Positions 8,833-18,569 of a stretch of 64,000 nt of DNA are shown piece by piece (the stretch's first letter is position 1; the number at the start of each line of letters is the position of its first letter). A model generated the notes under the pieces. That model saw only the letters and a list, made by a program, of their open reading frames with translations. It ran no database searches and was not told where the DNA came from. The position numbers and the translations under genes are program-made. This DNA is from an uncultured Bacteroides sp. GTDB taxonomy: Bacteria; Bacteroidota; Bacteroidia; Bacteroidales; Bacteroidaceae. The DNA is taken from assembly GCA_900552075.1 (NCBI GenBank), contig URYL01000011.1:22664-86663 (forward strand), read 5' to 3'.

Positions 8833-11817
8833 ATGAAACATGCATGTAAAAGAAAGCCATGTCATTCATGGCTTCAGACTGTCATTGCCACAGTTCTTTT
8901 TCTATGTTGGGCAACCGTAGGATGGGGACAAGACCTGTCCGTTAAAGGAAATGTGACCGACACCAAAGGAGAACCCATTATTGGAGCCAGTGTAGTGATA
9001 AAGGGAAACACCACACAAGGTACCATTACCGACTTCGACGGACAGTTCACTCTCAATGTACCGGCCAACTCCACACTCGTCATTTCCTACATCGGGTATG
9101 TAACCCAAGAAGTACCGGCCAAATCGGCGATAAAAGTAGTATTGAAAGAAGACAATGAAATGCTGGATGAGGTAGTAGTCATCGGTTACGGAACCCAGCG
9201 TAAAGGAGATGTAACCAGTGCCATCTCCAGCGTCAAATCAGAAAACTTCGTCAAAGGAGCCGTAAAGGATGTCGGCCAGCTAATTCAAGGAAAAGTAGCC
9301 GGACTGGCCATCACCAACCCGAGTGGTGACCCGGCCGGAGAAACTCAGATCCGCCTCCGTGGAACCAACACCATCGGTGGAGCCAACACAGCCCCTTTGG
9401 TATTGATTGACGGTATCCCCGGAACCTTGAGCACAGTGGCTCCTGAAGACGTGGAAAGCGTAGACGTACTGAAAGACGGTTCCGCTGCCGCCATCTACGG
9501 TACCCGTGGTACAAACGGGGTCATCCTCATCACTACCAAGCAGTCAAAAGGAGGCGATATCTGCTCTGTAGAATACAGTGGCTACGTCAGCACTGCCATG
9601 ATGGCCAAACGGCTGGAAATGCTCAGTGGACGCGAATTTGCCGCCCTCTATCCGGATTATGACTACGGATACAACACCGACTGGGTGGATGAAATCAGCC
9701 GTACCCCTATTTCTCATGTACACAACCTCTCATTGATGGGTGGTAATTCCAAGACCAGCTACATTGCCAACCTCAACTACGCAGACCGTCAGGGAACCAT
9801 GAAAAAATCAGACTTCGACAACTTCCAGGGAAGAATTGAAGTGACTCACCGTATGTTCGACGACAAAGTGAAACTGAAATTCGGCGTTTTCGGAAAGAAA
9901 AGCCAGATGGAATCTACCCAGAACGGAGGAAGTTTCCGCGGCGGTGTCTACTCACAGGCTACCCGACGCAACCCGACCGAACCCGTACGCAACCCGGACG
10001 GTACCTGGTATGAAAACGTCAACAAATTTGAATATGAAAACCCGTTGGCTCTGCTCTATGAATCAGACGGAAACGTAAAGAAAACAGAATTGCGTTACAA
10101 CGGAAACATCACCTACAACCCCATCAAAGACCTGACCCTGCAGGCCATGTTCTCTTACACACGTGAAAACATGAACCGCGGATACAGTGAAACACAGAAC
10201 CACATCTCCGCCCTTCGTGACCACAAGAACGGATGGTCTTCTGTCGGTGCGTATACCGAAATGGAAAAGCTGATGGAACTGACCGCACAATACAACAAGA
10301 CCATCAACGACCATAAATTCTCTATCTTGGGAGGTTACAGCTACGACGAAACAGACTATGAAGAAATGTGGTTCGACAACTACGGTTTCCAGGATGACTA
10401 TTTCGGCGGTTGGCACAACATCGGCATCGGTTCTGCCTTGAAAGAAGGAAAAGCTTCTGCAGGCTCCAGCAAGACTTCGACCAACCTGATCGGTTTCTTC
10501 GGCCGTGCCACTTATTCCTGGAAAGAACGCTATCTGTTCATGGCTGCTCTGCGTTATGAAGGTGCCAGCCAGCTCTGGGGCACGGACAACGCATGGGGAT
10601 TGTTCCCGTCCGTCTCATTCGGTTGGAGAATCACGGAAGAACCGTTCATGAAAAACCAGCACATCTTCAATGACTTGAAACTGAGAGTAGGTTACGGTGT
10701 CACTGGTTCACAACCTAAAAACGGATTCTTGGGAGTAGCCATGCTGAAATACGGTTCTTACGCCTACGTAAACAGCAGCTGGATTCAAACCATTGTACCG
10801 GCTTCCAACCCGAATCCCGATTTACGCTGGGAAGAGAAGAAAGAAACCAACATCGGTATCGACTGGTCTTCTTGGGAAGGACGTCTCTCTGGTAGCATCG
10901 ACTACTACAACCGACTGGTAGACGGATTGATTTATGACTATGCCGTACCGACTCCTCCCAACTTGTACAACACCACTACAGCCAATGGCGGTAAGATGAG
11001 AAACAAGGGTGTGGAAATCCTGGTCAATGTAATTCCGGTACAGACCAAAGACTTTGAATGGAGCACCACCGGTACTTTCTCATTCAACTCCAACAAACTG
11101 GAAAGTCTGTCAGGAAGTATCTTTAAATCAGAATATGACTACTTCAACACAGGAACAGTGGAATACTCCGGACAGGTGGCAGACTCACACCGCGTACAGG
11201 TGGGCGAAAGCATCGGTAACTTCTATGGCTTCAAGGTAGTAGACGTGGACGAAGAAGGACGCTGGATCTACGAAGACCGCAACGGCGACCTGATAAACTA
11301 CAAAGACTTCACGCATGCCCCGGAAGACAAGCACATCATCGGTAACGGACTTCCGAAATACTATGCAGGATGGAACAACAACTTCCGCTACAAGAATTTT
11401 GATTTGTCTATCACCATGCGTGGCGCCTTCGGCTTCCAGATTATCAACGGTGCCCGTATGAACTACGAGAACGTGAAGAACGCCCGTATGGAAAACCGAC
11501 TGAAATCAGTCAACGACCTGGTATTCGGCAAGCATACCCTCAGCCCGGAAGTAGAACCGGAATTCAACAGCTACTATGTAGAAGACGGCGACTATTGGAA
11601 GATTGACAACATCACACTGGGTTACAACTTCGGACAGCTCGGCAAATACATCAAGTCATTGCGTATCTACGGTTCCGTACTGAATGCCCTGACCATCACC
11701 GGATACAAAGGCATCGACCCGGAAGTTTCTACCGACGGACTGACTCCTGGATACGACACCCGCGACCGCTATCCAAGCATACGCTCATTTACATTAGGTG
11801 TCAACGTAAAATTCTAA
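8833..11817 (+). CDS. susC: SusC/RagA family TonB-dependent transporter
   Basis: N-terminal extension (GEPIIGASV), LDEVVVIGYG, VLKDGSAAAIYGTRGTNGVILITTK, NPDLRWE, terminal Phe. Confidence 0.95.
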   Translation: MKHACKRKPCHSWLQTVIATVLFLCWATVGWGQDLSVKGNVTDTKGEPIIGASVVIKGNTTQGTITDFDGQFTLNVPANSTLVISYIGYVTQEVPAKSAIKVVLKEDNEMLDEVVVIGYGTQRKGDVTSAISSVKSENFVKGAVKDVGQLIQGKVAGLAITNPSGDPAGETQIRLRGTNTIGGANTAPLVLIDGIPGTLSTVAPEDVESVDVLKDGSAAAIYGTRGTNGVILITTKQSKGGDICSVEYSGYVSTAMMAKRLEMLSGREFAALYPDYDYGYNTDWVDEISRTPISHVHNLSLMGGNSKTSYIANLNYADRQGTMKKSDFDNFQGRIEVTHRMFDDKVKLKFGVFGKKSQMESTQNGGSFRGGVYSQATRRNPTEPVRNPDGTWYENVNKFEYENPLALLYESDGNVKKTELRYNGNITYNPIKDLTLQAMFSYTRENMNRGYSETQNHISALRDHKNGWSSVGAYTEMEKLMELTAQYNKTINDHKFSILGGYSYDETDYEEMWFDNYGFQDDYFGGWHNIGIGSALKEGKASAGSSKTSTNLIGFFGRATYSWKERYLFMAALRYEGASQLWGTDNAWGLFPSVSFGWRITEEPFMKNQHIFNDLKLRVGYGVTGSQPKNGFLGVAMLKYGSYAYVNSSWIQTIVPASNPNPDLRWEEKKETNIGIDWSSWEGRLSGSIDYYNRLVDGLIYDYAVPTPPNLYNTTTANGGKMRNKGVEILVNVIPVQTKDFEWSTTGTFSFNSNKLESLSGSIFKSEYDYFNTGTVEYSGQVADSHRVQVGESIGNFYGFKVVDVDEEGRWIYEDRNGDLINYKDFTHAPEDKHIIGNGLPKYYAGWNNNFRYKNFDLSITMRGAFGFQIINGARMNYENVKNARMENRLKSVNDLVFGKHTLSPEVEPEFNSYYVEDGDYWKIDNITLGYNFGQLGKYIKSLRIYGSVLNALTITGYKGIDPEVSTDGLTPGYDTRDRYPSIRSFTLGVNVKF

Positions 11818-11834
11818 TTTAAAAGTAAAGAACC

Positions 11835-13457
11835 ATGAAAAATATAATCAGATTATTTTCCACATGCCTGCTCACTTCAGCCTTGATTGGCAGTACGGCA
11901 TGTACCAGCTTATTGGACGACAGCTATGGACAGGTAGTGTCCAGCAAATACTCTCCGAAGACAGAAGAAGAAGTCAGCTACCTGGTAAACGCAGCTTATA
12001 TCCCTTGGAGAGAGACCTTGTTACAATGGAACGGCGTGGTCCGCTCACAGGAACTGTGTGCCGACCAGGATGTGATTCCGGCACGCGACGGTACAGGATG
12101 GGTGGACGGATACATCTACAAGCGCTGGCACCAGCATACCTGGACCACGGAAGACGACGGTGTGCTGCAAGGATGGGAACGTACCTACAACGGAGTGAAC
12201 ACCTGCAACCGTATCCTTTCGCAGATAGAAGAAGGTACCATTAACGTGGAAGACGATACCAAAGCTGCATTGATAGCCGAACTGAAGGTGTTGCGTGCCT
12301 CCTACTATTACATCCTGATCGACCTCTATGGAAATGTGCCTCTGGTAACCGACTTCAAGGATGAATCGCTCCCCAAGCAGGCTACCCGCAAAGAAGTGTT
12401 CGATTTTATCGTGAAAGAAATCAAAGACAACATCGACCTGCTTTCTGAAACTCCGAGAGGATACTACTACGGACGTTTCAACAAGTGGGCTGCCCACACC
12501 CTGCTGGCCAAGATGTACCTGAATGCGGAAATCTGGGCCGGAGAAGCTCACTGGCAAGACTGCATCGACGAATGTCAGGCCGTGATTGACTTTGCAAACG
12601 CTACAAACGAATACGGACTGGAAGAAAAACAGAAAAACGTGTTCATCACTCAGAACGAGAACTCCAAGGAAATCATCTTCGCTCTTCCCTTCGATGAAAT
12701 CTACGTGACGGGATGGAATGATTTCGACTTCCACATGTATACGTTAGCTGCCGAAAACCAGGATACTTATCAGTTCACCGAAAGACCGTGGGGAGGTGTG
12801 TGTGCCATTCCTCAGTTCATCGATTCTTTCGACCCGGACGACCTGCGCTTAAAAGAAAATTACATCCAAGGACCACAGCTCACGGCATCCGGCGAACCGC
12901 TACAACGCAGTGACGGCAAAGGACAGCTCATCTATATCAATGAAGTGCCCTCCATTGAAAGTTCTGACTCCGGACACGGCTACCGCTGGGGTAAATTTGA
13001 ATACGCCAAAGGCATTACCAACCGTCTGAGCAACGACTGGCCGTTGCTCCGCTATGCCGATGTGCTGATGATGAAGGCAGAAGCCCTGATGCGTTCCGGA
13101 CAGCCCGGAGCCGGCGCACTGGTCACCGAAGTACGTAAACGTGCTTTTGAAGACCCGAACAAAGCAATCGTAACCGATGCGGAACTGGAAGGCGGAAGCT
13201 GCTATGACTACGGACGCCGGGATACCAATATGGAAACTCACGAAGGCGGAGCGGACATCAAGTACGGCCGTTTCCTGGACGAACTGGGATGGGAATTCTG
13301 TCAGGAAGGCAGACGCCGCCAAGATATGGTCCGTTTCGGAGTCTTCACCACGAAGTCTTGGTTCTCACACGACAAGAGCAACCCGAACAGAAACCTCTTC
13401 CCGATTCCGAACAAGGCCATGCTGACCAACAGTAACCTGGTTCAGAATCCGCAATAA
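11835..13457 (+). CDS. susD: SusD/RagB family glycan-binding lipoprotein
   Basis: Lipobox STAC; LRASYYYILIDLYGNVP, LLAKMYLN, RYADVLMMKAEA, EGRRRQDMVRFG, QNP end; directly follows susC. Confidence 0.95.
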   Translation: MKNIIRLFSTCLLTSALIGSTACTSLLDDSYGQVVSSKYSPKTEEEVSYLVNAAYIPWRETLLQWNGVVRSQELCADQDVIPARDGTGWVDGYIYKRWHQHTWTTEDDGVLQGWERTYNGVNTCNRILSQIEEGTINVEDDTKAALIAELKVLRASYYYILIDLYGNVPLVTDFKDESLPKQATRKEVFDFIVKEIKDNIDLLSETPRGYYYGRFNKWAAHTLLAKMYLNAEIWAGEAHWQDCIDECQAVIDFANATNEYGLEEKQKNVFITQNENSKEIIFALPFDEIYVTGWNDFDFHMYTLAAENQDTYQFTERPWGGVCAIPQFIDSFDPDDLRLKENYIQGPQLTASGEPLQRSDGKGQLIYINEVPSIESSDSGHGYRWGKFEYAKGITNRLSNDWPLLRYADVLMMKAEALMRSGQPGAGALVTEVRKRAFEDPNKAIVTDAELEGGSCYDYGRRDTNMETHEGGADIKYGRFLDELGWEFCQEGRRRQDMVRFGVFTTKSWFSHDKSNPNRNLFPIPNKAMLTNSNLVQNPQ

Positions 13458-13491
13458 AACAAGAAGCCAACACATCCGAACAATAGGATAA

Positions 13492-13539
13492 AAAACTCCC
13501 CTATTTCCTTCTTATTAAGTTTGGAAATAAGGGAGTTTT
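13492..13539. terminator. Bidirectional terminator between convergent genes
   Basis: Inverted repeat AAAACTCCC-C-TATTTCC / GGAAATA-A-GGGAGTTTT. Confidence 0.7.
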
Positions 13540-13558
13540 CCATTTTAACAGAATGGAA

Positions 13559-16525
13559 TCAGTTTTCCGGCAGTTCCACCACCCCCAATTTTTTCTTCCC
13601 GTCCATCTTCACGGTGAGCGGTTTTTCAAACCGTACCCAACGGAGGAACTTCGTTTCTTCTACGGCGGGCATACTGTCAAGCAATGCCTGGTTGTAGATG
13701 CCGTCGTTCATGTAGGCATTGATGGTGAAATAGCCCACCCCGAACGAAGTCAGGTTCTGGAAGAAATGGGTGCCCTGACTGGGGTCTACCCGATAATTGG
13801 TCAGCCCTGCTTCCACGATAATCCGGGCCGCCGAAATGTTGGGCCATTTCACCGGTATACCGAGCCAGGTATCGCTGCTGCCCCAGCGTCCGGGACCCAC
13901 TAGAATGTAATGCTTGCCTTCGTCGAGGAAGCGGCGGTTGAGCTTTTCGATGTCGTAGGCTATCAGCTGGTTGTTGGAGGCGGAATAGCCTTCGGTCTTC
14001 ACATAGATGACGTCCTGCAGGTCGTCCATCACGCCATGCCCCAGTGAGTTTTCGCTCTTGAGCAGGAGCTTTTCTTCCGGCACCTGGGTCAAGTCTTCGT
14101 CCAACCCAGCTTTCACATCGACCATCGGACGGATTTGCAGCAGGTAGAACACACCGCTCTTGGTACGCGCATCCAGATTGACGGCAAACTCAATTTCTAC
14201 CGGACGGCGCATCTCGCCCTGACCATATTTCTGCACAAGCTGAAGGATGCGGGCCAAGGGGAAGACGTCGTGCTGGAGGATGTTGGCAAAGGTGATGAGC
14301 TTTCGCCCGCCGAGATAGATACCGTCGCGTATCACCATGTCATACGGGTCGTAGGTCGAGGCGATGAAGTTCAAGGCGCCGTCGGCCTCAGCATCTTTTA
14401 CATGGAGCTTCAGCAGGTTGAACCCGTCATCAAGAGAGAAGTTCTGCCCCAGGTTTTTCAGGTCGAGGGCATAGAAGCGGGTCTGGGTCTCGCGCAAGGC
14501 GATTTCCATCTCGCTGGTCTGAAGCACCTGCGTGGGGTGGTACGGACAGACACGCAAGGTGAGGCCGCCATCGACAATGTATTTTCCAAGTCCCAGTGCC
14601 AGGCTCACCGTGCCTTCTTCGGCCAGTTCGTCGTTGATGGGATAATAGTTGATGGAACGGGCCACACCGGAGATGGCTGGATAGTAGCGGTCGCCGTACT
14701 GGGTGCCGACCACTTCCTGGAGGATGACGGCCATCTTTTCCTGGTCGATGACGTTGCTGGTGGCCTGCATATAGGCCTTGCTATCCTTATAATATACGGA
14801 GGCATACACGCCCTTGATGGCATCGCTCAACATGCGGAGCATTTCATACTTGTCGTCCAGATAGGGAATCATATAGGTGGAATAGATACCGGCGAACGGC
14901 TGGTAGTGGGAGTCTTCCAGCAGACTGGACGAACGGATGGCAATGGGGGCCTTGACGGCATCGAAGAAGGCGAAAAAGTCTTCCACCAGACTGTCGGGCA
15001 GCTTGGCCCGAAGGAAAGCCTGCAGAATCACGTCGTCGTCGGCATCACTCAAGGCTATCTGATACAGCTGGTTAGAGTCCATAAACTCATCAAACACATC
15101 GGTACAGAGCACCACGGTTTTCGGAATCATGACCGAGGCATTCTCAAACTCGTCGAACTCGGGATGACGCTTCACCATGTTGTCGATAAAGGCCAATCCG
15201 CGCCCCTTGCCTCCCAAAGAGCCGTCGCCGATACGAGCAAAATTGGAGTAACGGTCGAAACGGTCGCGCTGGAACACGGCCACCACGCCCTGGTTTTTCA
15301 TCTTGCGGTATTTCACGATGGCCTCGAAAATAATCTGCCGATGTGCGTCGATGTCTTGAAGCGATTCCCACGTAATCTGTTTCAGAAACTCGGCTACCGG
15401 GAAAATGGCACGCGAATACAGCCAGCGCGAGATGTGGTTGCGGCTGATGTGGTAGAGGAAGGATTCGGCCGGAATGGCGAAAATCACGTTCTGCAATTCT
15501 TTCAGGTTATGGATGCGGGCCACTTCCTTCAAGGTATGGGGATCACGGAAGATGAAGTCGCCGAAACCGAAATTGTCCGACACGGCTTCGCGCAGGTCGA
15601 TGTTCATCTTCTTGGAGTTCTTGTCGATGAACACGGCATCCAATTCCGGGGCATATTGGCGGTTGCTTTCTTCGGCCGACTGCAGAATCAACGGGATGAA
15701 TGGGTCGTGCCTGCGTATCTCACGCAGCAAACTTACCCCTGCCTCCGGGTCGTTTACGCCTCCACGAGGGAAACGGGCATCGGAAATGACCCCCAGCATG
15801 TTATGCTCGTACTTGTTATACAAGTCCATGGCCTCCTCGTACGAACGGGCCAGCACGATTTTAGGACGTCCGCGCATACGCAGCGTACGCTGGTGCTCGT
15901 TCAGGGCTTCGGTGGCAAACTCCTGGCTCTGGCGGAGCACGAACTTGTAGAGATTGGGCAGCACGGACGAATAGAAGCGGATGGAGTCTTCCACGAGCAG
16001 AATCATCTGCACACCGATTTCCTTGATGTCGTGCTCCAGGTTCATCTTGTCCTCAATCAACTTGATGATGGACACCAGCAGGTCGGTATTCCCCAGCCAG
16101 CAGAACACGTATTCAAAGATGCTCAGGTCCTCGTGTTCCATCCGTTCCTTGATGCCATGCGAAAAAGGAGTCAGCACCACCAGCGGCAAATGAGGATACT
16201 CCCGCTTGATGTCGCGGGCGATGTCGAAGGTATCGCTGTTGTCGGAACCGGGCATACAAATGACCAGATCGAACATGGTGTTGCGCAACTGCTCCCATGC
16301 TTCCTCTCCCGTGGACACTTGGGTAAAACGGGGCGGATAGCGCAGGCTCAGGTTCATGTATTCATTAAAAATCTTCTCATCGATGCGGCCGTCATCTTCA
16401 AGCATGAACGCGTCGTACGGATTGGCCACCAGCAGGACATTGAATATTCGCTTTGTCATCAGATTGGCAAACTGCGTATCCTTGAAATAAAGCTGCCGGA
16501 GTTTAATTCTCAGGTTGTTTAGCAT
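13559..16525 (-). CDS. PEP synthase/PPDK N-terminal (ATP-grasp) domain protein with N-terminal receiver-like domains
   Basis: GSLGGKGRGL, AIRSSSLLEDS, FAGIYST, VEIEFA, LLQIRP motifs; receiver-like segments ILLVEDS...GVISD...LILQS...FIDK. ATG taken at 16525. Confidence 0.8.
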   Translation of the reverse strand: MLNNLRIKLRQLYFKDTQFANLMTKRIFNVLLVANPYDAFMLEDDGRIDEKIFNEYMNLSLRYPPRFTQVSTGEEAWEQLRNTMFDLVICMPGSDNSDTFDIARDIKREYPHLPLVVLTPFSHGIKERMEHEDLSIFEYVFCWLGNTDLLVSIIKLIEDKMNLEHDIKEIGVQMILLVEDSIRFYSSVLPNLYKFVLRQSQEFATEALNEHQRTLRMRGRPKIVLARSYEEAMDLYNKYEHNMLGVISDARFPRGGVNDPEAGVSLLREIRRHDPFIPLILQSAEESNRQYAPELDAVFIDKNSKKMNIDLREAVSDNFGFGDFIFRDPHTLKEVARIHNLKELQNVIFAIPAESFLYHISRNHISRWLYSRAIFPVAEFLKQITWESLQDIDAHRQIIFEAIVKYRKMKNQGVVAVFQRDRFDRYSNFARIGDGSLGGKGRGLAFIDNMVKRHPEFDEFENASVMIPKTVVLCTDVFDEFMDSNQLYQIALSDADDDVILQAFLRAKLPDSLVEDFFAFFDAVKAPIAIRSSSLLEDSHYQPFAGIYSTYMIPYLDDKYEMLRMLSDAIKGVYASVYYKDSKAYMQATSNVIDQEKMAVILQEVVGTQYGDRYYPAISGVARSINYYPINDELAEEGTVSLALGLGKYIVDGGLTLRVCPYHPTQVLQTSEMEIALRETQTRFYALDLKNLGQNFSLDDGFNLLKLHVKDAEADGALNFIASTYDPYDMVIRDGIYLGGRKLITFANILQHDVFPLARILQLVQKYGQGEMRRPVEIEFAVNLDARTKSGVFYLLQIRPMVDVKAGLDEDLTQVPEEKLLLKSENSLGHGVMDDLQDVIYVKTEGYSASNNQLIAYDIEKLNRRFLDEGKHYILVGPGRWGSSDTWLGIPVKWPNISAARIIVEAGLTNYRVDPSQGTHFFQNLTSFGVGYFTINAYMNDGIYNQALLDSMPAVEETKFLRWVRFEKPLTVKMDGKKKLGVVELPEN

Positions 16526-16734
16526 GGTATCTTTTTTTAAGCTTATTCTTTTTATAAAAACAAAAATCGGAAATTCACCTGATTTTTGCAAATCTTTCTT
16601 GAGCGATGGTGAAAAACTATCAAAATTCAACCTAAAGTACGAAAAATACAGGGAAAAGCTTTGTCAGTACAAGTAAATTCCTATCTTTGCATATACAAAA
16701 TATTTCATTTTGTCAGACCTTAAATTATTTGATT

Positions 16735-18072
16735 ATGGACATTAATAAGATCATGTCATCACTGGAAGCCAAGCATCCAGGTGAATCTGAGTACCTTCAG
16801 GCAGTGAGAGAAGTATTGCTTTCTATCGAAGATATTTACAACCAGCACCCCGAATTTGAAAAGGCTAAAATCATTGAACGGCTGGTAGAACCCGACCGTA
16901 TCTTTACTTTCCGTGTCACATGGGTGGACGACAAAGGAGAAGTACAGACCAACCTTGGCTACCGTGTGCAGTTCAACAACGCCATCGGCCCGTACAAGGG
17001 AGGTATCCGTTTCCATGCTTCAGTCAACTTGTCCATACTGAAGTTCCTGGGATTTGAACAGACTTTCAAGAATGCACTGACCACCCTGCCGATGGGCGGT
17101 GGAAAGGGAGGTTCCGACTTCTCTCCACGCGGAAAGAGCAATGCGGAAATCATGCGTTTCTGTCAGGCTTTCATGCTGGAACTGTGGCGCCATCTGGGCC
17201 CGGACATGGATGTGCCGGCAGGTGACATCGGTGTGGGCGGACGCGAAGTGGGCTACATGTTCGGCATGTACAAGAAACTGACGCGTGAGTTCACCGGAAC
17301 TTTCACAGGCAAAGGACTGGAATTCGGCGGTTCGCTGATTCGTCCGGAAGCTACGGGCTTCGGAGGCTTGTATTTCGTGAAACACATGCTCGACGCAAAG
17401 GGAGTTGATATAAAAGGAAAGACAGTGGCCATTTCAGGCTTCGGCAACGTGGCCTGGGGAGCTGCTACCAAAGCTACGCAACTGGGCGCCAAAGTGGTGA
17501 CCATCTCCGGACCGGACGGCTACATTTATGACCCGGACGGCATTGCGGGAGAGAAAATTGACTATATGCTGGAATTGCGTGCTTCGGGCAACGACATCGT
17601 AGCACCGTATGCAGAGAAATTCCCGGGAGCTACCTTCGTGCCGGGACGCCGCCCATGGGAGGTGAAAGTGGACATCGCCCTGCCTTGTGCGACCCAGAAC
17701 GAGCTGAACGGCGAAGATGCACAGCAGCTCATCAAGAACCACGTGCTCTGCGTAGGAGAAATTTCCAACATGGGATGTACGCCGGAAGCCATCGACGCGT
17801 TCATTGAACACAAGATGATGTATGCACCGGGCAAGGCTGTCAATGCGGGCGGAGTGGCTACCTCCGGACTGGAAATGAGCCAGAACGCCATGCACCTGAG
17901 CTGGACCGCACAGGAAGTGGACGACAAACTGCACCAGATTATGCACAACATCCACGAACAGTGCGTGAAGTACGGTACGGAAAGCGACGGATACATCAAT
18001 TATGTGAAGGGTGCCAACATTGCCGGATTCATGAAAGTGGCTCATGCCATGATGGCCCAAGGAATTGTATAA
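16735..18072 (+). CDS. gdhA: NAD(P)-specific glutamate dehydrogenase
   Basis: GPYKGGIRFH, LPMGGGKGG, DVPAGDIGVG, RPEATGFG, SGFGNVA, NAGGVATSGLEMSQN. Confidence 0.97.
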   Translation: MDINKIMSSLEAKHPGESEYLQAVREVLLSIEDIYNQHPEFEKAKIIERLVEPDRIFTFRVTWVDDKGEVQTNLGYRVQFNNAIGPYKGGIRFHASVNLSILKFLGFEQTFKNALTTLPMGGGKGGSDFSPRGKSNAEIMRFCQAFMLELWRHLGPDMDVPAGDIGVGGREVGYMFGMYKKLTREFTGTFTGKGLEFGGSLIRPEATGFGGLYFVKHMLDAKGVDIKGKTVAISGFGNVAWGAATKATQLGAKVVTISGPDGYIYDPDGIAGEKIDYMLELRASGNDIVAPYAEKFPGATFVPGRRPWEVKVDIALPCATQNELNGEDAQQLIKNHVLCVGEISNMGCTPEAIDAFIEHKMMYAPGKAVNAGGVATSGLEMSQNAMHLSWTAQEVDDKLHQIMHNIHEQCVKYGTESDGYINYVKGANIAGFMKVAHAMMAQGIV

Positions 18073-18195
18073 GCATTAAGAATCATTAAATAACCCTTGG
18101 AGAGAAAGTAAAGTCTAAAATTTTACCGTATATTTGAAAGCTTTAATTTTAGCACAAAATCTCGTTTAGTTGTATTTGTATTTTGTATTGTAGCT

Positions 18196-18235
18196 TGCGC
18201 TATCCAGCCTGTGAAGGTCTGATAGCGCATTTTTT
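18196..18235 (+). terminator. Rho-independent terminator downstream of gdhA
   Basis: Stem TGCGCTATC / GATAGCGCA, inner CCTGTGAAGG hairpin, T tract. Confidence 0.8.
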
Positions 18236-18260
18236 ATTTTTGCAAGAAAGGAAAGGATAC

Positions 18261-18293
18261 AAAAAAAAGGCCTTGCCCAAGCAAGACCTTTTT
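18261..18293 (-). terminator. Terminator of the tRNA-His pair
   Basis: AAAAAGG-C-CTTGC / GCAAG-A-CCTTTTT, with an A run on + (U tract on -). Confidence 0.65.
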
Positions 18294-18297
18294 AAGG

Positions 18298-18372
18298 GGT
18301 GACTAGTGGGACTCGAACCCACGACATTCAGAACCACAATCTGACGCTCTAACCAACTGAACTATAGTCACC
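18298..18372 (-). tRNA. tRNA-His(GUG), second copy
   Basis: G-1 plus acceptor GTGACTA/TAGTCAC, anticodon arm TCAGA-TTGTGGT-TCTGA, T loop TTCGAGT. Confidence 0.95.
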
Positions 18373-18407
18373 ATGTTGGTATGAAAAACGTTAAAAAAAT
18401 GAAGGAG

Positions 18408-18482
18408 GGTGACTAGTGGGACTCGAACCCACGACATTCAGAACCACAATCTGACGCTCTAACCAACTGAACTATAGTCACC
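18408..18482 (-). tRNA. tRNA-His(GUG), first copy
   Basis: Identical to the copy 110 bp away. Upstream TACCTTTG box (CAAAGGTA at 18511-18518 on +). Confidence 0.95.
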
Positions 18483-18569
18483 ATGTTGGCTTCCTTTTCA
18501 AAAGCGATTGCAAAGGTAGAGGATTTTTTCGAAACTGCAAACATTTCATCGAAAAAATCCTCCAAAATC

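Noticed and set aside
14135..16522. 795-aa ORF on + strand
   Set aside because: Lies entirely antisense to the dikinase-like gene and has no recognisable motifs; best explained as a codon-bias shadow.
17020..18060. Antisense ORFs over gdhA
   Set aside because: Shadow ORFs opposite a highly conserved gene, with no independent evidence.
18298..18482. tRNA duplications as attL/attR of an integrated element
   Set aside because: The copies are full length and adjacent, with no cargo or integrase between them.
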